Below, one piece after another: positions 27,226-37,685 of a DNA stretch of 64,000 bases. The position numbers were made by a program, and so were the translations under genes. This DNA comes from Clostridia bacterium (GTDB lineage: Bacteria; Bacillota; Clostridia; CAKSNL01; HGM11501): positions 1 to 64,000 of the forward strand of contig JAZQAZ010000030.1 of NCBI GenBank assembly GCA_045545475.1. Reading direction: 5' to 3'. The notes beneath the pieces were generated by a model. It worked only from the letters and a program-made list of their open reading frames with translations, made no database searches and was not told the origin of the DNA. Every line of letters starts with the position of its first letter. The stretch's first letter is position 1.

Positions 27226-28515
27226 ATGGAAGTTAAAACCTTTGCCATACACACACTGGGCTGCAAGGTAAACTCTTATGAGTCCAATGCCATATCAGCC
27301 ATTTTGGAAAAAAACGGCTTAAAGAGTGTTCCGTTTGAAAATGCAGCTGACATTTACATTATAAATACCTGCTCCGTTACAAATACCGGCGATAAAAAAT
27401 CCCGCCAGGTGATAAGACGGGCAAAGCGTCAAAATCCCGATGCATATATTGCTGTTCTGGGATGCTATGCACAAAGCGATCCCGATTCCGTAAGGACACT
27501 GGGTGCCGATCTGGTTGCAGGCACATCGGACAGAGAGCTTTTTGTGAAAATGATTTTGGAAAACCTGAAAGGTTCTCTTGTGAGAGACATTTCAAAGGTA
27601 TCGGAATTTGAATACCTGCCGGAGCCTGACACTTCCGAGCGTACCCGTGCATATATAAAAATCCAGGACGGATGTAACAATTTCTGCTCCTACTGTATCA
27701 TCCCCTACACCCGTGGAAGAGTAAGAAGCAAAAATCCTGACTCTGTAATAGCTGAAGCAAAAGCCCTTAAGGAGGCGGGGTTCCGTGAAATTGTCCTGAC
27801 CGGAATTGAAGTCGCAAGTTACGGAAAAGAAAGTGCCGGTATAGGTCTTATCGATCTGCTTGAAAGGCTTTCAAACGAAGTGGCTTTCGAAAGAATCCGC
27901 TTAAGTTCCATTGACCCCAGAGCATTCACCGATGATTTTATCTGCCGAATTTCCTGCATAAAAGGAGTTTGTCATCACTTTCATATTTCCGCACAGTCTT
28001 TATGCACAGAAACGTTAAAGCGAATGAACCGCCATTATACGGCAGAAGGCTTTCTGGAAATTTTAGAAAAAATCCGCAATGCCATGCCAAATGCCGCCAT
28101 AACCACAGATATAATAACAGGCTTTCCCGGTGAGACGGAAGAAGAATTTAATGTAACTATGAAAAACACAAAAAAGGCCGCCTTTTCACGCCTTCATGTT
28201 TTCCCCTATTCTGAAAGAAAAGGAACAGTTGCCGCTGCGATGGAGCAAATCCCCGTATCGATACGATCGGAACGTGCAAAATTGTTAATAGAAGAAGGGA
28301 ATATCCTTGCCAAAAACTTTGCCGAAAGTTTTACAGGCAAAACCGTAGCCGTACTGTTTGAAGAAGGAAAAGACGGAGTTTACGAGGGGTATACAGAAAA
28401 CTATGTCCGTGTTGCCGTAAAAAGTGAAAGAGATTTATCTGGCAAAATACTCCCTGTTAAAATCAAAAAAGTGTCGGGAGGCACATTATTAATCGGCATT
28501 ATTGACAATTTATAA
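27226..28515 (+). CDS. mtaB: tRNA t6A37 methylthiotransferase
   Basis: TLGCKVNSYES, INTCSVT, RTRAYIKIQDGCNNFCSYC, HVFPYS. Confidence 0.9.
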   Translation: MEVKTFAIHTLGCKVNSYESNAISAILEKNGLKSVPFENAADIYIINTCSVTNTGDKKSRQVIRRAKRQNPDAYIAVLGCYAQSDPDSVRTLGADLVAGTSDRELFVKMILENLKGSLVRDISKVSEFEYLPEPDTSERTRAYIKIQDGCNNFCSYCIIPYTRGRVRSKNPDSVIAEAKALKEAGFREIVLTGIEVASYGKESAGIGLIDLLERLSNEVAFERIRLSSIDPRAFTDDFICRISCIKGVCHHFHISAQSLCTETLKRMNRHYTAEGFLEILEKIRNAMPNAAITTDIITGFPGETEEEFNVTMKNTKKAAFSRLHVFPYSERKGTVAAAMEQIPVSIRSERAKLLIEEGNILAKNFAESFTGKTVAVLFEEGKDGVYEGYTENYVRVAVKSERDLSGKILPVKIKKVSGGTLLIGIIDNL

Positions 28516-28565
28516 ATTAGGCGTTATAATAGAAATATATTACGAAAGAAATCGGAGGACACCCC

Positions 28566-29045
28566 ATGGATATAACTTCATTAAAAGGAACCGCTTTTGG
28601 CGGCTACAGTAAAAAAAGCGTTCACGAATTTTTTGAAGAGCTTTCTCTTGCCAATTCAATCAAGCTTTCTGAGCTTGCCGAGGAAAAGGGTGCTCTTACA
28701 GACAAAATCGTTGAATTCGAGAAAAAAACAGCTGAACTTGAGGCAAAAATAGCTGAACTTGAAAGTGCATTAGGTGACTCCGAAAACGAAAAAGAACATG
28801 TTGCAAAAGCAATAGTTTCCGCAGAAAAGGAAGCTGCAAAAATTTTAGCTAATGCAGCAAAAGAAGCCGAAGATATTAAAAACAACGCTATTGAAGAGTC
28901 AGAGGCGTTAAAAGAAAACACCAAAAAAGAGCTTAAGGATGAATTTGACAAGCTTAAGGATTTGCGTTTTTCCACACTTCAGGCTATGACTTCATACAAG
29001 GATAAACTTGATGCAATTTCAAAAAGACTCGGCGGAGAAGAATAA
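28566..29045 (+). CDS. DivIVA-like coiled-coil protein
   Basis: N-terminal FGGYSKKSV followed by a long coiled coil. Confidence 0.55.
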   Translation: MDITSLKGTAFGGYSKKSVHEFFEELSLANSIKLSELAEEKGALTDKIVEFEKKTAELEAKIAELESALGDSENEKEHVAKAIVSAEKEAAKILANAAKEAEDIKNNAIEESEALKENTKKELKDEFDKLKDLRFSTLQAMTSYKDKLDAISKRLGGEE

Positions 29046-29071
29046 AAAAAGCAGGGCTGTCGCTGACAGCC

Positions 29072-29722
29072 CTATTTTCTACCTATAAATCTTACATAGC
29101 GGCAAACCTCAACGCCGCCTGCTCCCATAACGGTATTAACCGATGCCGCATTTTCACTGCGACATTCATATAAAACCTTTACCCCTTTCTTACTAAGGTC
29201 CTTAAGGAGTGCTAAAAGGCATTTTTTCGCATGGCCTTTTTGCCGTTCATGGGGTGCCGTTTCAATATGCACATTATAAACTCCGTCCTTTAATACCGCA
29301 CCTGCCAAAGATACAACCTTTCCGTCTTTTATCATCCCGTAAACGGGGCCCTTTGATACAAGATAAGGTAAATCCGAAAAAAGTGCATCTTCTTCACATC
29401 CCTTAAGGAACACAGCCTCCGTTTCGCACCCCGAAACTCCGGTAAGGTCAAAGCATCTTATTATGCTTATATGTTTGTCGGGAACAAAGCCTCTGTCTTT
29501 CAAATATTTTTCAGACAGAGTATAAATTGATCCAAGATTTTCTTCCTTAAAAAAGTCGTTCATTCTTTTAAGTTCAGGTATCATTTCCGAAGCTGCAGAA
29601 ACATAGAAATTCCCGTTTTCAGAGAGTATCGTGCAAGGCTCAGAAAAAAACTCTTCATCCATAGTCCTCTCTGAAAAACCCGCTTTTTTCATATTTAAAA
29701 ACGAAAGACAATAGTTAACCAT
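29072..29722 (-). CDS. GNAT family acetyltransferase
   Basis: ETAPHERQKGHA acetyl-CoA motif, NAAS. Confidence 0.7.
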   Translation of the reverse strand: MVNYCLSFLNMKKAGFSERTMDEEFFSEPCTILSENGNFYVSAASEMIPELKRMNDFFKEENLGSIYTLSEKYLKDRGFVPDKHISIIRCFDLTGVSGCETEAVFLKGCEEDALFSDLPYLVSKGPVYGMIKDGKVVSLAGAVLKDGVYNVHIETAPHERQKGHAKKCLLALLKDLSKKGVKVLYECRSENAASVNTVMGAGGVEVCRYVRFIGRK

Positions 29723-29777
29723 AAAATCACCACTTCAATGATAACAGAAAAAATCATCTTTGTAAAGGAGTCAATGT

Positions 29778-30644
29778 ATGAAAATCGCAATAATTGATTT
29801 AGGCTCTAACTCCGCAAGAATGACCATTTGGAAAATATCCGGCAGTAAAATCGAAGTCGTTGTTAACAAACGATTATATGTCAGACTTTCAGAAGGTCTT
29901 TCAGAAGACAATTTAATAAAGGAAGAGCCTTTTAAGAGAACGCTTTCAGCTCTTTTGGAATTTTCCGACATTATAAAGCACGAAAAATGTGAAATTGTAA
30001 AGGCAGTTGCAACGGAGACAATCCGACGTGCGGAAAATTCCGATGAAATATTAAAGATTATATATGCCAAAACCGGTATAAAAATTGAAATACTCACCGG
30101 TGACGATGAGGCAAGATATGACTATCTTGCCGCAGAAGATTTAGCGAAAGGCCATACCGCATTTTTAATGGATGTCGGCGGCGGAAGCATCGAAATCATA
30201 AGAGCTGACAGGGGCGAATTGCAGGGACACATTTCCCTTCCGCTGGGCTCTGTTGTTGCAACCGATGCAAAAGGAACAGATATTGATTCTCTGAGTTCTC
30301 TTTTCACTGATGAATTTTCCTGCCTTCCCTTTATAGATAAAAAGGACGGTGCAGTATTAATAGGGCTCGGCGGTTCAATCCGCTCACTTTTCTCCTATGC
30401 GGATAAGCTTTATGACGGTGCAACCATGAGCCGTGATGAATTTTTTGCTTTTTACGATAAAATAGTTACAGAAGACAGGGAAATATTAAAACAGCGTCCC
30501 TCTTTTTCTGACCGCTATGACATAATAAACGCAGGCATCACGCCCTATGCCGTGCTTTTCAAGCTGACCGGTGCCGATAAAATTACCCTTTGCAACAGAG
30601 GTGTAAGGGAGGGAATTTTAATAGAATGTCTGAAAAAAATATAA
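29778..30644 (+). CDS. Ppx/GppA exopolyphosphatase family
   Basis: IDLGSNS, VATETIR, DVGGGS, GVREG. Confidence 0.9.
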   Translation: MKIAIIDLGSNSARMTIWKISGSKIEVVVNKRLYVRLSEGLSEDNLIKEEPFKRTLSALLEFSDIIKHEKCEIVKAVATETIRRAENSDEILKIIYAKTGIKIEILTGDDEARYDYLAAEDLAKGHTAFLMDVGGGSIEIIRADRGELQGHISLPLGSVVATDAKGTDIDSLSSLFTDEFSCLPFIDKKDGAVLIGLGGSIRSLFSYADKLYDGATMSRDEFFAFYDKIVTEDREILKQRPSFSDRYDIINAGITPYAVLFKLTGADKITLCNRGVREGILIECLKKI

Positions 30645-31387
30645 AAGAGGAACTGACTAAAAAAGCGAACGAGCTGGGCATAACGGAAATCGGATTTTGC
30701 ATTCACGAGGGAAAATGTGCCGTATGCTGTTTATTTCCCTATTATTTTGAGGACAGCGAAAAGGCAAACATTTCTATGTATGCAAGGGGCATTGACTACC
30801 ACATTCTTGCAAAAGAAAAGCTTAATACGCTTCTTTCTCCCTTTGCGGAAAATTTCGAAATCCGTGTAGATGTAGGACCAATCGACAACATAGATGTGGC
30901 ATATCGTTCAGGGCTTGGTGTAATCGGAAAAAACCGTCTTTTAATAAACAAAAATCTTGGCTCTTACTTTTTTATAGGCTATGCCTTAACGAACCTTGAG
31001 ATTGAGCCCGACTTGCCGATTGACGGAAGCTGCCTTTCCTGCAATAAATGCATAAATGCCTGCACAGGCGGTGCGCTTTCGGCAAATGGCTTCGACATAA
31101 CAAAATGCGTAAGCCATATATCTCAGAAAAAGGGCGAACTTTCGAATAAAGAAATAAAAATATTAAAAAAATCAAACCTCATCTGGGGCTGTGACACCTG
31201 CCAGGATGTATGCTTAATGAATAAAGCACCGCTTTATGCCATGAAGGAATTTACGGAAAACAGAATCCCCTATCTTAAAAAGGAAGATATTGAAAACCTG
31301 TCAAATAAGGAATTTACGAAAAAATACGGCAAGTACGCCTTTTCCTGGCGTGGCAAAGCCGTGCTACTGCGAAATATGGAATTATAA
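30626..31387 (+). CDS. queG: epoxyqueuosine reductase (QueG-like)
   Basis: YARGIDYH, GLGVIGKN, CLSCNKCINAC, WGCDTCQDVC. Confidence 0.8.
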   Translation: MSEKNIKEELTKKANELGITEIGFCIHEGKCAVCCLFPYYFEDSEKANISMYARGIDYHILAKEKLNTLLSPFAENFEIRVDVGPIDNIDVAYRSGLGVIGKNRLLINKNLGSYFFIGYALTNLEIEPDLPIDGSCLSCNKCINACTGGALSANGFDITKCVSHISQKKGELSNKEIKILKKSNLIWGCDTCQDVCLMNKAPLYAMKEFTENRIPYLKKEDIENLSNKEFTKKYGKYAFSWRGKAVLLRNMEL

Positions 31388-31417
31388 AAACATCGTGCAG
31401 AACTTCTGCACGATGTT

Positions 31418-32290
31418 TTACATATCTAGCCTTGATTTTATCGTCCTTATATAATCCGACGGAGAAATATTTTCCATTTTCTTAAAAAGTCTGCTGAAAT
31501 AATGGAGCGAAGAAAAGCGGAGTATGGATGCAATTTCGGATAAATTATAGTTCCCCTCTCTCATAAGCTTTTTAGCTTCTTTTATCCTTAATGCATTGAT
31601 ATAGCCTATCACCGTATCACCTGTTGCCTTTTTGAACATACTGCAAAGGGTGGTTTTGTTTGTCCCGAAAATGAAGCAAAGCTCGGACAAAGTGATTTTT
31701 TCTCTGAAATTTTCCTTTAAGTAGCTGCATATTTCAGACAGGTTGCGGTCACCGGCTTCATTTTCAGGTGATAGTTTTTCCGCCTCGGATGAACGTACAA
31801 GCTCAATTAAAAATGTTTCAAGTTTTAATTTTATCATCTGGTCTGCCCCAAAGGGATAGTCTTTCTTTTTTTTCATATCCCGAAGATTAGGGATATCATA
31901 AGGTCCTTCAAAAACAGATCTTCCCTCTTTTATAATTTCCGTTAAAATTTTCTGCAAAACAGAATTTAAGTTAATCGCACTTCCCGAAAACACATCAAGT
32001 CTTTCCGAATCGCACTCAAAACCGATTATGATTACATTAGGGGCTGTGTTATTGATGCACCGGAGTGAATGAGTCTCCCCTGTTTTATGTATTATCATCA
32101 TACCTTCTTTAAGGATTCCTTTATAGTTTTCTGCTTCTACAGAAATCTCTCCGTTATCAACATAGACAAGCTCCCTGAATGGATGGCTGTCTTTTGTAGT
32201 ATGATATTCTTTTGTAAATTCAAAATAATGAATGTTGGCAATTCTGCTCACCGTAATTGCCATCTTAAATTCCTTAAGCTTAAAATCCAT
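31418..32290 (-). CDS. AraC family transcriptional regulator
   Basis: N-terminal cupin (HPFRELVYV); C-terminal double HTH (YFSRLFKK...SPSDY). Confidence 0.9.
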   Translation of the reverse strand: MDFKLKEFKMAITVSRIANIHYFEFTKEYHTTKDSHPFRELVYVDNGEISVEAENYKGILKEGMMIIHKTGETHSLRCINNTAPNVIIIGFECDSERLDVFSGSAINLNSVLQKILTEIIKEGRSVFEGPYDIPNLRDMKKKKDYPFGADQMIKLKLETFLIELVRSSEAEKLSPENEAGDRNLSEICSYLKENFREKITLSELCFIFGTNKTTLCSMFKKATGDTVIGYINALRIKEAKKLMREGNYNLSEIASILRFSSLHYFSRLFKKMENISPSDYIRTIKSRLDM

Positions 32291-32456
32291 AATATCACCA
32301 CCTAAATAAATTTTAGCATTTTTACCAATTTTGTCAACAGAAAATTTATTCTATATTAATTTTATTTAATATTATGCAAAATGTTTTTAACATTATCCAA
32401 ATACAAACAGCAAAACTTTCTGTATAATGAACTAAAGTTATAAAGGAGGTCTTTAT

Positions 32457-33629
32457 ATGTCAAGAATTTGTATCCCCGATTATGAATACAGAGAAAGAAT
32501 TGCAAAAGCCGCAAAAATGGTGGCTGACAAAGGTCTGGATGTCATGGTTGTATGCTCAACTGAGTCCGACTATGCCAATGCCAGATATTTTTCGGGTTTC
32601 TGGCCCTTATTCGAAAGAGCAGGCGTTGCCATCGCCGCTAACGGAGATGCAGCATTAATGGTGGGCCCGGAGTGTATTATCTTTGCAAAGGACGTTGCGA
32701 AGATGAACAAAATTTTCTGTCTCCGGGAATTCCGTGAGTCTGCCGATCCATCATATCCCGAGCTTCAGGCAAGTACATTCCGTGACGTTTTTTCGGCAAT
32801 CGGCGTAAAGGGCGAAAACATAAAAATCGGCTTAGGAAGCTATGTCGAATGCACTCTTCCCATCTTTGAAGGGCTTAAAGAAAGCTTTCCGAAGGCTGAA
32901 ATTTTAAAGTGCAACGATATTATGGTTAATCTTCGTAAAATCAAAAGCGAAAACGAGCTTTCATGCATAAAGGAAGGCTTCAGAATCATCGACCTTGCAA
33001 CAAGCGAAGTAATAAGAAATCTTCGCCCGGGCGTTACCGAGCTTCAGATGGTGGGCATCGCACAGAAGGTAATTTACGAAGAAGGTGCAGAATACGAAGG
33101 TCTGCCCATGTATGTATTCAGCGAAAAATCCACAAGTCACGCCATAAGCCGTTCCGGCTACCGAGAAATAAATAAGGGAGATATTGTTCAGCTTAACCTG
33201 TCTGCAAAAATTGACGGTTATTCTCCCTCTATAGGTCTTCCTGTGGTTATGGGAAAACTGGAAGGCGAGCGAAAAAGAGTTGTAAAGTTCTGTTTAGATG
33301 CACATAACTGGACAGTTGACCGCCTTAAAGCAGGTGTTATGGCAAGCTCCATTGCAAAAGATTTCTATAAGATGTATGTTGACAACGGCTTTAAAGAAAA
33401 CTTCGTTTACGGTCCTTGCCACGGCACAGGTATGATTGAAGTTGAAGCACCCTGGATGGAAACAATTTCAGACTATCCCTTAGAGGAAAATATGACCTTC
33501 CAGGTAGACACCTTTATTTCAGGTGACGGCTTTGGCGTACGTTGGGAAAAGGGCGTTGCAATAACCAAAGCAGGCTGTACTTCAATGACCAATTATCTCA
33601 ACCGAGGAATAATTGAGCTTGACTTTTAA
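32457..33629 (+). CDS. M24 (pita-bread fold) hydrolase, creatinase-like
   Basis: Creatinase-N-like N-terminus, RKIKSENE, HGTG, RWE; the metal-binding Asp positions read N and S. Confidence 0.75.
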   Translation: MSRICIPDYEYRERIAKAAKMVADKGLDVMVVCSTESDYANARYFSGFWPLFERAGVAIAANGDAALMVGPECIIFAKDVAKMNKIFCLREFRESADPSYPELQASTFRDVFSAIGVKGENIKIGLGSYVECTLPIFEGLKESFPKAEILKCNDIMVNLRKIKSENELSCIKEGFRIIDLATSEVIRNLRPGVTELQMVGIAQKVIYEEGAEYEGLPMYVFSEKSTSHAISRSGYREINKGDIVQLNLSAKIDGYSPSIGLPVVMGKLEGERKRVVKFCLDAHNWTVDRLKAGVMASSIAKDFYKMYVDNGFKENFVYGPCHGTGMIEVEAPWMETISDYPLEENMTFQVDTFISGDGFGVRWEKGVAITKAGCTSMTNYLNRGIIELDF

Positions 33630-33640
33630 GGAGGGATAAT

Positions 33641-34006
33641 ATGACTGTCGGTAAAAAAGAATGGATTATCCCGGATTGCGAGCTTCCACCCGAAGGCGAA
33701 GGAGAATTAAAAGGGCATGAATCTGTAATCATAGTAAATGATTCAGAGATTGATGCTACTATTTCCGTTAAGCTTTTCTTCACTGACCGTGATGCATACG
33801 AGAACATCTGCTGGACTGTTGAAAAGAACAGGGTAAGATGCTTTCGTATGAACAATCTTTCCGATATGTGCGGTTATTCCATACCCAAAGAAACACAGTA
33901 CGCTATGAAAATTTCAAGCAATACGCCAATAGTTGTGCAGTACGGAAGACTTGATAACCGCCAGGTTAATCTTGCCTACTATACCACTTTGGGCTATGCC
34001 GAATAA
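33641..34006 (+). CDS. Anabaena sensory rhodopsin transducer (ASRT)-family protein
   Basis: GKKEWIIPD, GHESVIIVN, FFTDR, YAMKISSNTPIVVQYGRLD match the ASRT pattern. Confidence 0.8.
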   Translation: MTVGKKEWIIPDCELPPEGEGELKGHESVIIVNDSEIDATISVKLFFTDRDAYENICWTVEKNRVRCFRMNNLSDMCGYSIPKETQYAMKISSNTPIVVQYGRLDNRQVNLAYYTTLGYAE

Positions 34007-34016
34007 GGAGGATATT

Positions 34017-34751
34017 ATGGACCTTAATTTCAGTTTTCCAAAAGAACTCGCAAGGGTAAAGGATGAGAAAATTCCTGTTGTTTTGTGTGGCGGAACGGTG
34101 GAATATCACGGTGCTCACTGTTCTTTCGGATGCGACTCTTTAATTGCCGAAGGGCTTATAAAAAAGCTTTCAGAAAAAAAAGAAATTATGATTTATCCCA
34201 CGGTTTATTACAGCCCCTCAAGCTATGCCGTTGCCGACGAAACCAGCGGAACGGTACACATTGAAGAGGATGTCTTTGAAGCCTACCTTTTCGGGATATT
34301 TAAAAATATGCTTTATGCAGGGCTTCGTAACATTTATGTTGTAATACACCACCAGTTTGAATCTGAAAGCCTTATGCCGATGACGCTATCCTATATGAAG
34401 GCGGCAAAGCGTGCCACAATGCGCTATCTGGAGGAAACCCTTGGCAAAGGCTGGTGGGGCAGCGAAAGCTTTTCCGACTACTATGACAATCTCGGCGGAG
34501 GCGATGACCCGTTTTCCTGGATAAAGGTAATTCCTACAATGAGCACAGAAGTTCAGAAAGCAACCGGCTATGATCATGCCGGAAAATATGAGTGTTCTAT
34601 TTTAATGGCATTATACCCTGACGCCGTAAAAAAAGAACGCATTAATGACATTCGTCACTGGTTTTCCGAAAGTGCAAAGGATGCCTCCGTTGAATTGGGT
34701 AAAGAAATGATTGAAAAATCCCTCATATACTTGGATGAAAAGATAATATAA
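34017..34751 (+). CDS. creatininase family amidohydrolase
   Basis: GTVEYHGAH...D and DHAGKYE metal-ligand motifs. Confidence 0.85.
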   Translation: MDLNFSFPKELARVKDEKIPVVLCGGTVEYHGAHCSFGCDSLIAEGLIKKLSEKKEIMIYPTVYYSPSSYAVADETSGTVHIEEDVFEAYLFGIFKNMLYAGLRNIYVVIHHQFESESLMPMTLSYMKAAKRATMRYLEETLGKGWWGSESFSDYYDNLGGGDDPFSWIKVIPTMSTEVQKATGYDHAGKYECSILMALYPDAVKKERINDIRHWFSESAKDASVELGKEMIEKSLIYLDEKII

Positions 34752-34783
34752 AAAACAGCAGGCGTTGCCTGCTGTTTTCATTT

Positions 34784-35035
34784 TTACTTATCAGAAAGAT
34801 AATCGCTGAATACAACCTCCAAAAGTTCATCACGCTCAATCTTACTCATGATATTTCTTGCACCGTTATGGCTCGTGATGTAGCTGGGGTCGCCTGACAT
34901 AATGTAACCCACAATCTGCCCAATGGGGTCATATCCTTTCTCTCTGAGTGCCGCACACACGGTGCTTAAAGCAGCTCTTATTTCATCACCTCTGTCAAGG
35001 GGAAGATGAAACATTGTAGTGTTGTCTATATTCAT
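34784..35035 (-). CDS. ireB: IreB/ReoM regulatory phosphoprotein
   Basis: ALREKGYDPIGQIVGYIMSGDPSYITSHNGAR. Confidence 0.9.
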   Translation of the reverse strand: MNIDNTTMFHLPLDRGDEIRAALSTVCAALREKGYDPIGQIVGYIMSGDPSYITSHNGARNIMSKIERDELLEVVFSDYLSDK

Positions 35036-35122
35036 CGGTTACACCATCCTTTCACTCATATAATACTACTGTTTTATGAAAAATTCAATACCTGAAATCA
35101 ATTTTTAACAAACTCTTAACAT

Positions 35123-36829
35123 TTATTTTGATTCTGCCATTGCTTTTTCGTTTTCTTCCTTTTCAAGAACTGTATAGGCTACCTTTCCGACAAGAGTTTT
35201 CGGTAAGCTGTCACGGAACTCATATTCCCTGGGAAGAGCATATTTTGCAATATTCTTCTCGCAAAGCTCACGAATTTCATTCTTGAGTTCTTCCGTTGCA
35301 GTAAAGCCCGGCTTAAGCACGATAAATGCCTTTATTCTCTGCATACGATAGTCATCCTTTACACCGATTACCGTAGAAAGCATAACCGCCTCGTGGGAGT
35401 CGATTACATTTTCAATCTGAGAAGGATATACATTATATCCGCTTGTAACAATCATTCTCTTAAGTCTCTGCTTGAAATAGATAAAGCCATCCTCATCCAT
35501 ATAGCCAAGGTCACCTGTATGAAGCCATGTTCTTCCGTCTTCATGAATCTGCAACGTTTTTGCCGTTTCCTTAGGCTCATTAAGATAGCCTGTCATAAGA
35601 GTAGGGCCTGAGATGCATATTTCGCCAAGTTCACCCGGTTCTGCCTCATCAAAGGTATCCGGAACCACGATTTTATAAAATACGTCGGGGAACGGCACAC
35701 CGATGGATCCCTCTCTGTAGTATTCCTTCGGAGTAAGACAGCTTGCGGTTACACATTCGGTTAAGCCATAGCCTTCTCTGACCTGAATATGTGCTCCATG
35801 TTCCTTTAAGAATGCGTCAACCTTCTTCTTAAGGGAAACAGAAAGGCTGTCACCGCCTGAAAATACACCTTTAAGGCTTGATAAATCAATATCCTGCATA
35901 CCTTCTGAACGCATCATCGCTTCAAAAAGCGTGGGCACACCCGCCATATAATTAGGCTTATATTTCTTGAAATGTCCTGCAAATTCCTTAACGTCAACCT
36001 TGGGAATAAGTGCACACATACCTCCGCCTAAAAGCATTGTATGTATACATACACCAAGACCAAAACCATGGAATACCGGCATTGCAGAAAGCATAATATC
36101 TCCCGCTGCAAAACATCCGCTTGCCGCTATCGTCTGAAGAGCAAGAGCGTTGAAATTGCGATTTGAAAGAAGTATACCCTTTGATGTTCCGGTTGTTCCT
36201 CCGCTGTACAAAATTGCCGCAGTATCCTCGCTTTCCGGAAGCGGGGGCATTGCTCCTGTATACTTTTTGCCACCTTCTATAAAGTCTTTATAGGTTATAA
36301 CGTGCTCTGACGTTTCTATCTTTCTTTCGTGACCGATAAATTTATACGCCAGGCTCTTTATGGGGGGAAGTGCCTCTCCTATTTTTGTTACAATAACCCT
36401 TTTAAGATTAGACTTTCCTTCTATCGCCTCGAACTTCTTATAAAAGTCGGTAAGAGTTATTGCAAGAACGCTCTCAGATACATTGAGATAGAAAAGTATC
36501 TCGTTTTCTGCAGATAAGGGATGCACCATATTTGCAACCGCACCGATTTTGTTTATGGCATAGAGCATAATAATTGCCTGAGGCGTGTTGGGAAGGCAGA
36601 TTGTAACCTTATCCCCCGGCTTTACTCCTTCTGCAAGAAGGGCTTTGGCACAAACGGAAATTTCTTTTACAAATTCCTTATAGGTTTTTGTGTTTCCCAT
36701 AAAGTCGTATGCCTTATAGTCCGGATAATTTACCGCCGATTCAAGAACCATCTCATACATTGACTTTTCGGGGTATGTAAGCGTTGCGGGCGTATCTCCG
36801 TAAAATTTAATCCATGCTTCAGAATTCAA
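35123..36829 (-). CDS. long-chain acyl-CoA ligase (AMP-binding enzyme)
   Basis: YSGGTTGTSKG, EGYGLTE, HTGDLG, LVGK. Confidence 0.9.
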   Translation of the reverse strand: MNSEAWIKFYGDTPATLTYPEKSMYEMVLESAVNYPDYKAYDFMGNTKTYKEFVKEISVCAKALLAEGVKPGDKVTICLPNTPQAIIMLYAINKIGAVANMVHPLSAENEILFYLNVSESVLAITLTDFYKKFEAIEGKSNLKRVIVTKIGEALPPIKSLAYKFIGHERKIETSEHVITYKDFIEGGKKYTGAMPPLPESEDTAAILYSGGTTGTSKGILLSNRNFNALALQTIAASGCFAAGDIMLSAMPVFHGFGLGVCIHTMLLGGGMCALIPKVDVKEFAGHFKKYKPNYMAGVPTLFEAMMRSEGMQDIDLSSLKGVFSGGDSLSVSLKKKVDAFLKEHGAHIQVREGYGLTECVTASCLTPKEYYREGSIGVPFPDVFYKIVVPDTFDEAEPGELGEICISGPTLMTGYLNEPKETAKTLQIHEDGRTWLHTGDLGYMDEDGFIYFKQRLKRMIVTSGYNVYPSQIENVIDSHEAVMLSTVIGVKDDYRMQRIKAFIVLKPGFTATEELKNEIRELCEKNIAKYALPREYEFRDSLPKTLVGKVAYTVLEKEENEKAMAESK

Positions 36830-37685
36830 AGTCAATCGCCTCCGAAAGTGGTTTATCAAGTAAATAAGGATTTTTAAATAAATGCTTAACAAGCTTTAAT
36901 GAACGGGCAAAATAAAACCCGTCTGCTATTCTTTCGTCAAGCGTAACGCCAATTGACACAACATCACGGGGAACGAAATTTCCTTCCTCGTCAGCTATCA
37001 ATTCCTTATGAATAACGCCGATTGTTATGACAACACTGTTGGTTCCGAAGTTGTTCAGGTGGTGATATACCGCATCACACTTTATGCTTCCGAGATTGGA
37101 TAAAAGCACCGAGCAGTAATTTATATCCACGTCGGTAACCATACGTGGCATAATGCCGTGAGAATCCGCAAAACGCATAACTCCCATAAAGGCATGCATT
37201 AAAAGCTTGGGAAAATGCTTGACAACATTCAAGATGTCGTCCGGGTTTTTCGTCTTCTTTCCGCTTCTGGTTTTTGTAAGCCAGCTTGTTATTCCATCGG
37301 TAATATCGGTAAGAACTTCATCTTCCTTGACTTTGTAAATCATAAGCGTTTCTTCGGCATGATCTGTAAACTGCTTTTTAACCGTAAATCCTAATGTTAT
37401 ATCGTTTCTGTCATAAAAACGTTTTCCCGAAATATAGCGATTTAAAAGCGGTCTCATTTTGACAGTTCTTGCAACGGCTGCAAGGAAGCAATGAAAAAGT
37501 GTAACTTTGCGTTCCCCACTCGCATTCTTCTCCGCAATATAACGAAGAAGTTCTGTTACATCGATGGTTTCATTTATATATACCTCTGCGTCCGTCCTCT
37601 TCGGCATAAGATATGCCATATAGTGATGCATTCCGTCAAGATTCCTTACTTTTACAGCATCACGTCTGTCTCCCCATTTTCTCAC
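36819..37685 (-). CDS. stand-alone 2-oxoacid dehydrogenase E2-like acyltransferase catalytic domain
   Basis: LSNLGSI, TLDERIADG; no lipoyl domain. Confidence 0.75.
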   Translation of the reverse strand: MRKWGDRRDAVKVRNLDGMHHYMAYLMPKRTDAEVYINETIDVTELLRYIAEKNASGERKVTLFHCFLAAVARTVKMRPLLNRYISGKRFYDRNDITLGFTVKKQFTDHAEETLMIYKVKEDEVLTDITDGITSWLTKTRSGKKTKNPDDILNVVKHFPKLLMHAFMGVMRFADSHGIMPRMVTDVDINYCSVLLSNLGSIKCDAVYHHLNNFGTNSVVITIGVIHKELIADEEGNFVPRDVVSIGVTLDERIADGFYFARSLKLVKHLFKNPYLLDKPLSEAIDFEF

